From NCBI GenBank assembly GCA_001949185.1, contig BDGG01000005.1, positions 2,345,249-2,409,248 on the forward strand: DNA of 64,000 nucleotides, written 5' to 3'. Made by a program: the position numbers and the translations under genes. Positions within the stretch are counted from its first letter, which is position 1, and the number at the start of each line of letters is the position of its first letter. Shown here piece after piece: positions 24,901 to 38,003 of this stretch. Below the pieces are notes generated by a model, which was not told where the DNA came from, ran no database searches, and saw nothing but the letters and a program-made list of their open reading frames with translations. This DNA is from Ramazzottius varieornatus (taxonomy: Eukaryota > Animalia > Tardigrada).

Positions 24901-27900
24901 TATAATTACAGCCTCATAAAATATCGCTGGAATAAATCGAAAGGCAAATGTAAGAAACGCCCACATGCACAGCCGTCATGCAGCTTCTCCTTCTGGCGAA
25001 CAAGGAAAAGTACTTCTAAGATCCACCAGGCTCGGATTGCAACCTTGCTGCAAGGTGCAGTTGTTGCTCCAAAAGAGCAAGGAACCCGACTTGACATGTG
25101 GCTCTTCGCACCCTGCCGCCTTCGTTATGCACCTCATGTCATGTGACAGCGAAAGCGGGTGAGTTGACTTGGCGTTAGAAGCAACATGGAAGACGCTCCA
25201 GGGTTCAGCAAAAATCACGTCCCGATCTTTAGGATGCACTGCCTTTATACCAGCCTCACCGAGCTTCAGTATGACAACCAACTTGAAAGCTCGCCCCTGT
25301 TCTGATTTATATGAAAGAGCTTCTCTACCTACCTTGTGAGCCTCCGTTGCGCCCAAAAAAAATACAGCTCGCAAAATCCGCTCAGGCGAAAAACAACACG
25401 AGCCCGAACGCCCCCAGTGAAAGGAAAACGATGCTGTAAATTCCAGTCTTCGACTAGGTCACACCGGTGTCTTCAGCAGGTTGACTGCCTTCTTTCAAAG
25501 ACGCTTCCAATAGTCCTCCTCACGACAGGCCGTAAAACTCCGTTGATTGTGTTGATCTTGAAAGTGGATTATAAAGTTTCGCTTTCAAGATAAGCTACTC
25601 GAGGGCTGCTTATCTTGAAAGCGAAAACGGAATTATTCTCTGCACACTTGACTCAAAATTTCAAATTTTCGTTTCTCAGCTGATCTCTGTCTGCACAGTG
25701 CTTCACGTTGCGAGATACCGTTTCACGTATGGGCTTCTTGATACCTATTAGTTTCGGGGATATCGACAGACAGAGACTAGCCAGAGAGAAAACCATGCAT
25801 TTCAGCCTTGTCAGGAGGCAAAGTTTGCCTGCAAACCTACTCCGCAAAGCTCGCGCATTGCCGCTCCCGTTTCCGAGACTTTCGAAAAACGCAATTTTGC
25901 CTCACTCACGACTAATTTCCGTTGATCAAGCAAACTCAAGTTTTAAATCAACCGTTTGCGACATAAACAGCTTGTCGTGAGGAAGATTAATGAAAGAATG
26001 CTCCTTTCCGTGTCTTTTCAAGTTATAAGGTACATGCATTGTATCACCCTCTTTATCATTTACCAATATGCTGCATCCGGAAGTGATTATCGGAAAAGGA
26101 TTCCCTGTTATCAGAATCAACAAAAGGTCTTTCCAATGCCTGAAGCTTCCTAAACTGATCCTGGCTGATTTCCGTCATCCTGCAGTATAATAAAGCAATG
26201 AACTGTCGCTCACGTTGTTGAGTGTTTTGTGCGGCCTAGTGACGAACCATCTGTTGGTCATGCATAACTTATTCTGCGTGGAGGTCGTTAAAGCAAACGG
26301 GTTGCGCCACAAAGACCTGCGCATCACGTTTCACCAAACTCATTATCCTGCGCGGGCACGTTTTCGTCTGGCGATTGATATGCTCAACAGCTCAACCAGT
26401 GTCATAAACAACACGTGAGACGCCTACATGTGTGACACCTCACCTTTGATTGATTATAGACTGAAAAGCCAAAAAGCCTGTTGTTCGTCCAAACACCATC
26501 GTTTGTCACAGTCGCTCACGCTTGATTACACTCATAATTCATCTGAAGAAACATTACAAATTAAACGCTCTCGAATATTGTATTATTCTTTCCTCGGCGA
26601 AATGCTTGTCACCTTTCAGCAAGATCCAGCAAATATTTTGCACTTCGGTTTACGCAGTTTGTTCGCCCATCAAGAACCTACGTCACTGTAGCTAGCGAGA
26701 ATTCGCCAAGTCGAGTGGTGGGGTAGAAGATTGAGATCGAAGGACCATTAAGACCTCGATCACTCTTGCTTCAACTGACATCTGACGCACCATTGCTCTG
26801 CCATATCTTGTCATTTCCCGCCTTGACGACGGCTGGGAATCATAATTATCCCAAACGACCCCCATCAACAAACCACCCAGCGGACCCAAGGCTACCAAGT
26901 AGAGGGTCCTCCAGCTCGTGCTATAAGCCACAAACTCTCCCCCCCACTCCCGCTTCCACAAGCCAGCTTTTCGTTTTTGCATTACTACTGCGACATCCGC
27001 GACTGCCCGTCCATACCGAAATATCTCGAAGAAATTTCTTGAAAACTCTGATTTGGCAAACTTTTGGTAGGTGGTCCAAGCTCTACGTAGTGCACCAAGA
27101 AGGGCACAATTACGAACTCGTACCTTTTTCTACATATTATTTTTGTCATATTTTTATGAATTGTTGACACTTACTTGGGAATTTTGTGCAGAGACTGAAC
27201 TTGATCCAGCCGGTTGAGCAATAGAAGTTTGAGATCGCAAAGACGTCGATGGGGTCTCCGCTTGGACCGCCTTCCAGTCGGTGCCTGGAGTGGTCGACGC
27301 AGGGCGGCTGGCTCGTGCCGTCGCATCGCGGTTGGTGCCGCCTGGAGGGAAGCGTAAACTGCTGGTGAAGGGAATCATCTCCTCATGCCGGGTTGATGCT
27401 GCCTTTGCCTTGCCTGACTGTCCCACCTGCCACCGCCACACTCCCAGAAATCCTCCAGCTCGCTCCCACGATCACCTGGCCACTTCTGGCCTACTCCGTA
27501 CATAAACGAGACGCAAAGATATCCAACCCACATTCACTTCTCCCACAAAGCCTGCATAGAACATATTGATGTTACTGTACAAAGCCTTCAGTCATAAGGG
27601 ACAATCGTCGAAATCTCGGAGGGCACGTAGTTTTCCTGATTAGGAAGACAAGTCTGCGAGATTGTAGGGCTGAGCAGTTTTGATCAAAGGCACCCCGTAA
27701 CTCTAACCTCCTGCTTAATTTACGAGAAACCGATGCCGCGGGAACACTGTAACGCTATCAATTCCAGCCGCATCTCACCAGTCACAAAGATAGCGAAAAT
27801 TGACAAAGGATCGCGAATGCAGTCAGAGTCGATTTTTTGCTTGATTCACCCTCCGTAAATTGCCAGGATTTCTCTGATGAAAGTCGATGCGTGTACTTTC

Positions 27901-27983
27901 GTGAAGTAGTATTTCACCCGAAAAATTCAACGTGTTGATTGGGACTTACATATGACAGAGGGTTTCTTTCCTTTATTGGGCAT
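12967..27983 (-). CDS. PDE7: cAMP phosphodiesterase, PDE7-like. Core exons 17496-17209, 16256-15710, 15387-14932, 14799-14297, 13642-13282, 13209-13100, 13031-12967; putative 5' exons 27983-27950 and 21985-21866
   Basis: YHGTNPFHNSIHAADVTQA, HDVDHPGVNQPFL, VLENHHWR, ILATDITRQ, LKCADINNPCR, EFFKQGD, QVGFI are PDE7-type catalytic motifs. The 5' exons are inferred only from splice sites and phase compatibility. Confidence 0.85.
13757..13801. repeat. Intronic palindrome family copy (PDE intron), short spacer
   Basis: GGAGTGGCGCA-N23-TGCGCCACCTG. Confidence 0.75.
14860..14908. repeat. Intronic palindrome family copy (PDE intron)
   Basis: AAAGTGGCGCA-N27-TGCGCCACTTG. Confidence 0.88.
16506..16554. 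repeat. Intronic palindrome family copy (PDE intron)
   Basis: CAAGTGGCGCA-N27-TGCGCCACTTG; paired flanks extend about 40 bp on each side. Confidence 0.9.
20940..20988. repeat. Intronic palindrome family copy (putative PDE 5' intron)
   Basis: GAAGTGGCGCA-N27-TGTGCCACTTG. Confidence 0.85.
25577..25626. repeat. Perfect 19-bp inverted repeat with 12-nt loop (in PDE intron)
   Basis: TTTCGCTTTCAAGATAAGC-tactcgagggct-GCTTATCTTGAAAGCGAAA. Confidence 0.85.
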
Positions 27984-30900
27984 ATCATGGTGTTGATACA
28001 GGGGACGAGGTCGGGATAAATAGATGTATCCAGACGTAGACACGATCTTGTTGACTTTGTCGCTAGACGGCAAGACATCGCTCAAAGCCCTCCACGGGTT
28101 ACAAAGTACCCGACACCGGCTGTCACGTGCCAACAGTCTTCCGGTTTCATCGAGGATCAGCAGAAACTTTCACTGTCCTGCAACAAAAAAAAATGAAGAC
28201 CTACAGAAAGATGTAGAAACACACGTTAAGCAACATCTTCCGATCACAAGCACAATTGAGACATCGATGCGTTTTGAAGCATACAATCAAAGTTCACTTC
28301 GCTAGAATGCTGCGTTACTGTGACACTGTCTTTTCTCCACGGTTCAATGTGAAATTGAAAGGTTTGATCTGACGCTCGTAAAACTTGACTTTCGACGTAA
28401 GCATGCAGTCAAGTCTCCGCAGCAGTCACTTATCGGCTCTGTCTCTATCCCTCACCGTAGTCCGCTGCGAGACAACAAGAAGTACGCTACCATAGCTATA
28501 GCTCAGGAAAGACCACGACTATACAGACGCGAGGAGGTCTGCCGATGGAAATCCAACGGGAGCACTCGATGGCAATAAAGAGCAACGAGGACATCAAGCA
28601 TGCCTTGAGCGACAAGCCATGCAGCTGGAGAAATCAGGGCGTCTTCCTAAAGCCCCATCGCGACTACGCATAAGTATTAAGCCTTGCTCGTTCGCTACTT
28701 TCGTCGCCGCCAAACATGTCATCATGGCGCATTAAAGCATTAACTATCCTCTCTCGTAGCCGCTGAAAGCGCACGTAACGCACGTAACTTGCCATCATTT
28801 TTCCGCCAAAGTAAAATTAACGAGCGATCTTGTTTCATATTTCTCATATTTTCAAAAACTCGCCTGTTCGAAATTCCTCTGTTCGAAGTTCGAACTGTCA
28901 CCTTCCTGCATACGTCGTCCTTCTACGCACGGACTTTACGAACAGGCGATCGAAAAAAGGATCCGGAAGTAATTACAAAGAACTTGGCTCAACAGAAGAC
29001 TCGCACAGTCGGGCTTCGATCTCTGGGAGACGCTGAACGCTTTGTACGATTTTCCTACAGAATTTAGACTATTTGATCAGACGGCTGCCTGTGCAGTATG
29101 TGGAAACAACGAACGTCGGTTGTCCGCCAACCCTCGAGCGCTGCAATAAATGTCAAAGAACCGGTAACTTCCTTGTCAATCCCGAGGCTTTGGCAGCTTT
29201 CACTTCCATCATTGATAATCCTGCTTTCAAGCGTCATCTTGATCCCTCACCTTCGTCCCTTCACACAGTACATTCTTCGTCCTCTGCATAACAAACCTAC
29301 CCTTCTTACACAACAGGCGACTTGAACCCGAATCTTTTTTTACAAGTACGATACCCTAAACTGCGGTATTCTACTTCGTGATGCATATAAGTCTCCGGCG
29401 TATGTCGGTACGGAAAAGCAAAAACGAGTTCGGCAGTAAGGTTCCTGCCAAATTCTCCAAGAAACGCACTTGTACTGTGGAATTCCCTGTTCACGAAAAC
29501 CTAATGTTTATCAGTAACTGACACAAGTCTAGATTGCTCCTGAGCGACTCCAGCTCATGTTGCAAATCACAGCTGGGGGAAAACTCATCTCTATCACGAC
29601 AAGAACGTGTAAAGACCCACAAGCACGGCACTGCGCACTTCCGCTCCAGCAAGCACGAGACGACCGGCGGGATACCCACCCAAGATCGATAGCGACAGCC
29701 GGCAGTCACCAACATGACTCTAGTCAGCAACGTTCAACTCACTAGCTCGTCCGAACAACATCCCCAACGCAGCATACAGGAGAAAACGCACTGGAGCGAA
29801 AGATCGTCAAGAAGAGTAAAGGACCGCTGAGAAACTACAGCAGACCAGCCAGGCGAATGATTCGCCCAACACTCCCTTTCTCGTGATCAACAACAATACA
29901 CGAACCCACAACACATTAAAAAAAGGTTTCGAACCTTAAAGTTTTAAACCATTCGGAAGGACGATTCTCAATGATCGTAAAACGTGTGACTGATTCTGGC
30001 TAGAGATACGCAGAAATGCGCGAATGACCGAAGAACTTTCATGTCCTGCGCTGAAGGAGGTGCGCCAATGGGTCGATCGAGCGGAACATGTTGTTGCATC
30101 GTTATGCATTCATTCTTTAACGAGAGATTAATTTCCAATGATGTGAGAATAAATCAAACGAAGAATAGAGTTACCGGCAGCTATCCAGTTATTTTAGCCG
30201 GTAAATGAGTGCAATGTGACTTGAATTACAGTCCTCGGCCAACTGTTAACTACGGTGTCATGATCTGTTGACAGCGCATGGCGCAACAACATACCGCAAC
30301 AACATACCGCAACTAGGATCCCTTCCGCGCAATTTGCCTTTAGGGCAGTGAATAGTGGCGCATTATTGACCGACTAATTGCAGTCTTTACTCTGTGGCAG
30401 AGTCGGCCACCATTCAACACGGCCCCAGTTTACTTCAAAAGTTGACTCGCGCAGGGTTCGCCGTGAACTGCCACGTTAACTCGCGCAGGGTGCGCCCCAA
30501 CGAAGGTTCCCTCGTTTCAATTCGATCGTAATCAAATTCGGCTTTCCACTCGCCTCGTCAAAGTAAGCGCGATTCAATTTTTGTGCCTTTTCGGCCAAGG
30601 AACGAACGTTCATTGACTGGGACGATCGGCACGTTGCTCGTCGTAGTATCCGATTCGTGCTCAGAGTTGCACTGATGAAACGCAACGATACTCATTTTTC
30701 TTCACTCTCATCCCGCTCGTTCGTTCGCACTGACAGTCACGTCCCTTTCGGCTTTGCATTCAGCTGCAAAAAGTATCGATCTTGATGAGAGAAAGCGAGA
30801 AGGCAGCGTGACATTTCTTCTGTATAGAACCGAGAGAAGGAACCTCGTCAGCGCGATGACGTCAATATTACATGTTGGCTAAAGCTGTTATGCAGTTCAC

Positions 30901-33104
30901 CCACATTGCGCCATCGCGTATCGAGCTGCGGCTCTAAAGCGGAGTCTAGCGAAGGCAACCAGCGTGTGTAACAAACATTACCGAGAAAGAGACCCCCGCT
31001 CTATTTGTCACGGTCGTTTTCGTGCTGTGTTCCCCTTTGTACAAGTTTACGACTCCCTCGAGACACCAAACTAGCATGCACATTCGTCTTCACATTTCAC
31101 CTCGCTAAAAACAAGCCTCCTTCGCAGGTTTCACGCGCCCACCCAACGTCAAGTCAAATTCCTCTCTTGAGAAAATCCTGCGCGGACCGCCTTCTTCATG
31201 AGAAACCTGAGAGGCGCTTCACCACACTGTGAGTCAGTGCAAGGAAGAAACAAGTCGAGCACAGTCTCGGATGTATTATCCGTGAGTAAGCATCCCGAAA
31301 TATTTGAAGATTAATTCGGCAACTGTGTTTACCTTGTCGCGACACGTGCCGTCTGAGGCACGTTGTGGAAAGAAGAGGTGAGATAAGTGAGGAGACAGCG
31401 GTTTTCATCTAATTACACAGGCATAACACCCAAGCACGAGCAAGAACACTTATCTAAACATCGTTGTAAAGTGTGGTATATCGGGTTACACCCGGGCACA
31501 ACGTTGCCTGCTTGGCAAAATACATCGCTGATACAGCTCGTAAACTGCTCCCAAAGACCACACGTGCCTGCTTGGCCAGTCAGCTATCAAAGACTCAAAA
31601 GTGTTATACACCATAAACCCACAAACACGTAAGACTGGTTCAGCGACCTCCGCGCAGACGAGGAACGGACAATGAAGACCCCCACAATGACTGTCTAACT
31701 TATTCAGAAACGACGGCGACACGACCTGTCTAAGGCTTGTTAGGCAGCCAGTCTTGGAAGCTCAGTTCTGTTCCAACTTCCGAAACTGTATCCAAGTCTC
31801 TCGATCTCGGTACAACTCAAAGTGATACATCTTTCCGCCAATCTCGCTGGACCTCGCAGGTCCAACCAGAGCTTCACCCGGACGGATGAAACACTGGAAG
31901 ATCTTGAATGTAGATTTCGGACTACGATTTCGGTCTTACCTGACTTTAACTTTCTCGGTCGTTCAGCGTCGTCCTAATCCAACCGAGAATCTAGCCGCGT
32001 TGAGTGTTTCATACAGTATGCTCGTTGAGGGTCCTGGAATGCACAAGAGAGCACAAGATGATGTAAGGCATGGCAAAGGAAGCAGTAAACAGGATAGAGA
32101 ATCAAAGTCGAAAATAACAAGAGGCTGTAGTGGCTGGTTCGCCCGTCGTAACGATCTGACTTGTGCAGCAGTAACTTGGGCTTGTGGCGTTATCGCAGCT
32201 ACAGCTGATAGACAGACACCTCAGCCCGTACATGCTGAGCTGCTTAAGTCTTACCCAAGTTACAAAAACGAATATTGGCTCGAATACGGAAAGGCAACAC
32301 TGTACAACCAACAAGTACACCCACCATCGACCAAGGCATCGGAAAGGAGACACAGTTCAGCACGAACAAGAAGTAGGCCATCGATTTTCCGCCGCGTCCT
32401 CAACTGCGGACCAAGTGTGCAATCGGAGAGTTGCGGCGCTGTGCTCTGCCAAGTCTTGGCTGTCATTTGGCGTTGGGTAATACGGGCGAACCAACAGTGC
32501 TGGAAACTGTATCGGATGTCTTGCAGGGTTTCGCTGGGTCTCCGCCGGAGTCGATGGAAGATTTGCCCTACTTTTCCGTGCAGCGCTCGGCTTCTACAAT
32601 CCTGATCACCTAGAAAAGAAACGTAAGCAAGGATTTTGCAATCACTGCAGTCACGGATGTCTCCATAAACTGTGGAATTTTGCAGAGGATCCCAAAGATT
32701 GTATTTCGCGGAAATGAGAATCTCAAAAGTTCAAACAAAAAACAGAAAGTTGTCAAAACGCTCCAAGTGAGCGATCGGTCTGTGGCGCAGGGGCAGCCTT
32801 CGGCTATTGCCAAAAAGCCAAATCTGGTGCCCCGGCTCAAACCCGGATTGAGCTGAGTTTAGCCCGGCGGGTAAGCTGTTTCCCCTCGATATGGGTCTGC
32901 TTACCTTCTGAAAATAAAATTTGACTCGGCGATACCACCGGAAGTGAGCATCAGTTTCACGCATCAGTTTTTTATCCTAAGAATTGCTTCTCAGTTTCAG
33001 TCCACCTGGATGTTTGTAAGTTGCAGATAAATCTTGGGGATTGTGGGATGTGCTGACAGTTGGGACAGCGTGATAGGGATTAGGGAACACAGCTCAAAGC
33101 GAAG

Positions 33105-36100
33105 ATGCACGATTTTTTGAGCCCTCGTCGAGCGAAGCCGCAGCCAACTCGCATCTTCCTGGCCAATAGCTTTCTCGGGAACATTAGCTTGGACGGAACT
33201 CACCGTGACACCAAGTATCGGACGCTAGTCGAGCTGTACAAGAAGGACGGAGCAAGGGATGGTGATACCCAATCATCGGATGCATCGGAGTCTGAGCATC
33301 AGATCACTATCACGACCACATCGCCCAGCGCTGAACTAGCCTCTGCTCGTCGACGCTTCAGCTCTGGTCCTGCACGGAGTGGCAAGTCCCACAAGAAGGC
33401 TAAGGCGAATGTCAAGCGTTCCGATTCGTTGTACTCTCGCAAGAGTGGACAGTCCAGCTCACAAAGCTCCTCTTCGTCGTCAACGCACTCTGCGTCGGTT
33501 GATTCGTTCGTGGATGATATGAAGGAAAAGGGCACCGCGTTCTCGAGGACTGGCTCATCTTCGGTCTATCGTAAGAATATGGTGGGGAAGTCGTCATCCA
33601 AGAGCAGTAAGCATGCTTTGTCCGTGGAAGACGACACAGAAGAAAACAAAGTGACGGCGTCGCAATCAGCCCAGCCAAATGTTCGAAAAGGGCAAGTAAG
33701 ATCCTCCACTTCCGGTCGCGCAGTGAAGTCAGGGCCTTGGTTGGCTTTGCTACGTCAAGACTGGCACTCTGACGCCCTGCGCATTATTTTGTTCCCCTTT
33801 TAAATGCTATTGTCCCCGTTGCTTGATTTGAAGTCTGGAATGACTTCGGCACTATCATGTGACTTGTATTTTCAGCCGCCGATCGTCTTCGATTTCCATG
33901 TCAAAGGCCGCTGGGAAACTGGATTCGCTCGATGTTCGGAAAGAGAAGGTCTTGAGAACGGTCAGCGCCAGCAGCAACGAGTCGTATGGACATCGCGGTG
34001 GCTTCTTCCGGTCAGGCAGTGCCAGTCCCAGTGTACCAGGTATAACAAGAATGTCGTCTTCTCCACCGGACTTTGACGATGTGAAGATCATCAGTGATGA
34101 TGCCATGGAAGAGCCGGTGGAGCTGACTTTGATGGAAATGCTGTCGGCACCCGGTGAGATCCTGGACTCGCATCGCGGTGTTATCACAGAGAAGTACGCA
34201 GAATTTTTCGGTAAAATTTTGTTTCATTACTAGTGTTCACAATACAGCGTGTACAGCACAAGGTCCGTTTTATTCTATCTATTAGCTTTATTGTGTTGCA
34301 GAAAGGAGCTTTTGTTCACGGCCAACCACGCCAGCCAGTTGCCGTTCGCCCTAACTTCTTACATTTCAAAATACAAGGCGCAACAAGTGGACGAAGAGTA
34401 GGTGCTACATAAATACAGTATGGCCGTATCCGAGTCACGGGGACCGTGATTCCATTTTGTAGGGCAGTTAAATCTTGATCGTAATGAGAAGTTTTGTGAT
34501 GTAACCAGATTCCTGTTGGTAGACGGCTGATAATACAGATGATTATGGCCGTCATATAATTCTGTTACAGGATCGTCGAGAAGAGGGAGCTGCCACCACG
34601 AACCTTCGTCCAGCGTATGACAGCGCGTCTTTCTCGCATAAACTCCGCCGGCTCGATGGAGTCTGGCAAGACTGGTCGCAGCGAGTCACCCAACCCGCTT
34701 TCCAACTTTCCATCCAACCTCCCTTCGAAGGGAAACGGAGCTTCCCGTCGTCCCTGGCAGTGGCCGCGCAAGTCTCGTCCTCCTGTCCACAACCCAATGG
34801 TTATTCCACATCAACTCATCCGGCCTCGTCGCTTGAGCGCCACCCACAGTATCCACATCGACACGGAAGCCGAAGCACTGGAGAATCTACTGGGCATCAA
34901 GCTGAGCTCTGACCCGGAAGACGAACTGTCCTACGAGAACCTGCTGGTGCCTTTGATGTGGAATGTCGACTACATCGGCGACCTGACACCGGAAGAAGCC
35001 AAGAACCTCCTGAACACCGGTGAAATCATTGTCATGTCCAAACACATGAATTCGCTGGAAGATAACTACGCGTACGGGAAGATGATACAGCGAAGAGAGC
35101 GAGAGCAGAGCAGCAGTGACCAAAGGACGAGGTATTTGTCCATGTGTTCGACCATAACCGAGAACTCTTATTCGACAGAGCTGAACAGAGATCAGAAAGA
35201 ATTTGCCCAAGATGGCTACCGACCGGGAGTGCTCGAGGACCCGGAATGGGAAACAGCAGTCAGAAGGACAAACCTGTATTTCGACTCGTACTTTGTAAGT
35301 CTGAAATTTTTATTGATCGTTCTCCTTCGATATTTATACGAGTACTTCAGACATTTGTAACGCTGAATGGTTTCTGATCAGAGTTCGATAATCGCGAACG
35401 ACCTGGAACCGACCAAGAAGAAGCAGGCCTTGAATGAACTGTTCAGAGGGAAGTTTCCCCAGATTCAACTGACGTTCAGCAAGTTCAAGTCCATCAAGCG
35501 GGACATGCTGAAAGCGTGCACTGAGCAGGTAGGCACGCGTCTTTCCTTCTTTCAAAATGAGTGAATTTTTGAATGACTCTAGCGGCTGCAGTGATAGCCT
35601 AATTGACCATCACTTCACATGCATCGTCGTTATATTATCGCTCAATCGTACCATTCTTGTTTTGTTGTAGGAACTTCAGCTCGATTTGGCTGTTGTAGCT
35701 TTGTCGTATGTCTATTATGAGAAGCTTGTCCTGAAAGGCTTTGTTAATAAGCCGAATCGAAAGATTCTTGCCGGTGTTTGCGTGAGCCTGGCTGCCAAGA
35801 TGAGCGATCTACTCAAAGAAGAACACAAAGACCTCTATACGGTAGGTGAAATATCTCCAAGCATACAACGGATTGATTGTCACAAGGCAACGCATTTACT
35901 CACGGCATATGTTGACAGAGTCTTCAAAGCCAACTGCGAGTGGAACGAGACGAACTTCACGCCTTCGAGTTCGCCGCAACAGTGGCATTGGGTTTTAACT
36001 TGCACGTTCCTGTGCGCTGCGTGCGGTATCACTACGATCTTCTCAGTAAACATACCGTGGAGCTGCCCTCAGTTTACGCGGTACCGCTGCACGAACCCGC

Positions 36101-36254
36101 ACTTCTGTCGACAAGGCCTCGAATGAACTTCAATATGGCCATTCGACCCATTAACATTAGGCAGATGTCTTGGACCAGCGGCCATTCTCGGTCAAACGAT
36201 CATAGACGTGGCCATAAAGTAAACGCCAAACTTAAGCAAGGAAAGCCAAGGTGA
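33105..36254 (+). CDS. CABLES: CABLES (CDK5 and ABL1 enzyme substrate), multi-exon
   Basis: N-terminal ANSFLGNISLDG. C-terminal cyclin-like box with PGVLEDPEW, LNELFRGKFPQIQLTFSKFKSIKRDM, SYVYYEKLVLKGFVNKPNRKILAGVCVSLAAKMSD, FEFAATVALGFNLH. Confidence 0.88.
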
Positions 36255-36779
36255 TTCCAGTTTTTTAAGGAAGAGTCTGAAGTCCTACTCCGAATAGTTC
36301 GGCCATAAGCGGCTCATTTTTCACTGACGTTCTCACTGACAACGTACATCTGTAAGGCCCTTTCATAGAAAGAAAACAGAATCAATGAAAAACAGCATCA
36401 CATTAAGGCATCAAAATTTTAAATTTTACGGACTCCGTTGCACTGTTGTGCGACTGGGCCTTGCCGTCATACTGCAAACGAAACCTGGTAATCTGTTCAG
36501 ACTTCTGCATTACTTCATGGCCCTGCGAACCCGCAGTAACTCGTTCTATTCGTTCTTGGCGAAAGTACTAAACTAACATCCGATCTGAGACTTTCCGAGA
36601 ATCTGGCTCAAGCAGATGCCTAAAGTAAAAGACGAAGTTGCTCGTTAACAGTTCTGCCGACCGTAGAAATCGCCATAAGAGAGAACAAACTTGCCAACCT
36701 CAGATTTGAAAGATCAGCAGAGTGGAAACACAAAAGTCGGAAACGAAATCATCTGCAGCGTAACTAAGTTCTCCAGTCT

Positions 36780-37533
36780 TCAGCCTTGGACTGATTCCCC
36801 AAACGTCGTCAGGTCTTCGTCGTCCAGAGTCATTCCATGTTCCATCTTGTAATTGACGACGCCATCGGAGAACTTCTTGCCAACTGTACCGAAAATGTCC
36901 ATAAGGACGCGGAATCCATCACGCATCACTTCTTGGCATGCAAAACCTTCTTTCACTCGGAGCATAAAAGCCACTTTCCTTTCCGAAGGATGTGGTATTG
37001 TGTAACCTATAAGAGCAAGAGATTCGTAACCGGGATGATACACAGGACCTGAGATCACTGAAAGCATAAACAAGCTGGATAGACAACAGAGTATTCGAAG
37101 CCTTCCTGGAGGAAATCATGGATACCGAGGGAAGACAACCGACGCACACGTAACTCGCGCATATGTTCTTAAAACTTCCCATATGATCTATGGGTCGCGA
37201 TAACGTCATGCGCCATTATGCAAAAAAGAGGCTTGACACTACACTACTTTTCTCACCCACGTGAAGAACGCCAGGATGTCGGTTCAACACCTCGCGCAGT
37301 GGATTACAAATCGTATGATCTTCGTTCATCAAGTTGAACGTAACTTCGTGTGGTCCTTTTCCGTGTCCTCCTTTTTCCTCGGAAATGTAAAGCGACGGAA
37401 TATACAGAGGATGGAAGCTTTGCCGAAGCTCCATCATACGGCTATCTCGCACCGGGTCCTTGGATACTCCTCCAACGTAACTGACTCCCTCCTCCATCTT
37501 GACATGGCCTGGCTTTTCCTCGTGTGTGTCCAT
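36780..37533 (-). CDS. POLR1D: RNA polymerase I/III subunit RPAC2 (AC19) (exons 37533-37257, 37006-36780)
   Basis: TFNLMNEDHTICNPLREVLNRHPGVLHVG|YTIPHPSE, the RPB11/AC19 dimerisation fold. The HPSE motif is AC19-type. Confidence 0.85.
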
Positions 37534-38003
37534 TTCTTGAAGGGCAAGATCTGTCCGTAATCGGCATTAACACGAACATCAGCACGGCATCATTAACACG
37601 GCATCAGCAAGAAACGAGAGTTCGGCTAGAATTCGAAGTAACTCAAGAAAGCTGACGATTGAGAAACCAGAGAGACGCATTCATAATTTCCATAATTTGA
37701 TGCAATCAAATTCGGCAGGCTTGATTGCTCAGGGCAGAGCAACGAAGGTGACGGACGGAAGGTCCGCAGATGCGTTGTATTGACCACATTACTTCAGCAG
37801 TTCAGCTGAACCGTTGTCGCCGTATAACTTGCTCTGATTGGTTGTACAGGGTTGACTAGCGAGATGGACCAGGTTGATTGACTTGTTGCATTTGATTAGT
37901 GTCAACACTGCGTGTGGATTTTTTCTTCCAGCCGAATCCAGCGTTTATTTTCTTCCCCTCCCCATTTCTGGATCTCGGCAAATACTGCATAAGCAGTCAT
38001 TTA

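Noticed and set aside
27154-27441. Exon-like segment with donor at 27174 as a constitutive PDE exon
   Set aside because: Its listed frame ends in phase 0 and does not fit the phase-1 downstream chain. It may be an alternative or UTR exon but is unsupported.
30857-30864. TGACGTCA CRE upstream of the PDE as cAMP feedback
   Set aside because: The TSS is unknown and the same 8-mer appears elsewhere (2701, 38462, 38521), so it cannot be supported.
17639-31722. Numerous 60-180 aa ORFs in the PDE introns and upstream region
   Set aside because: No recognisable domains and many non-ATG starts; consistent with chance ORFs.
2568-37533. Functional cluster of RPA12, RPAC2, 5S and eIF2a
   Set aside because: They are separated by unrelated genes; chance in a gene-dense genome is sufficient.
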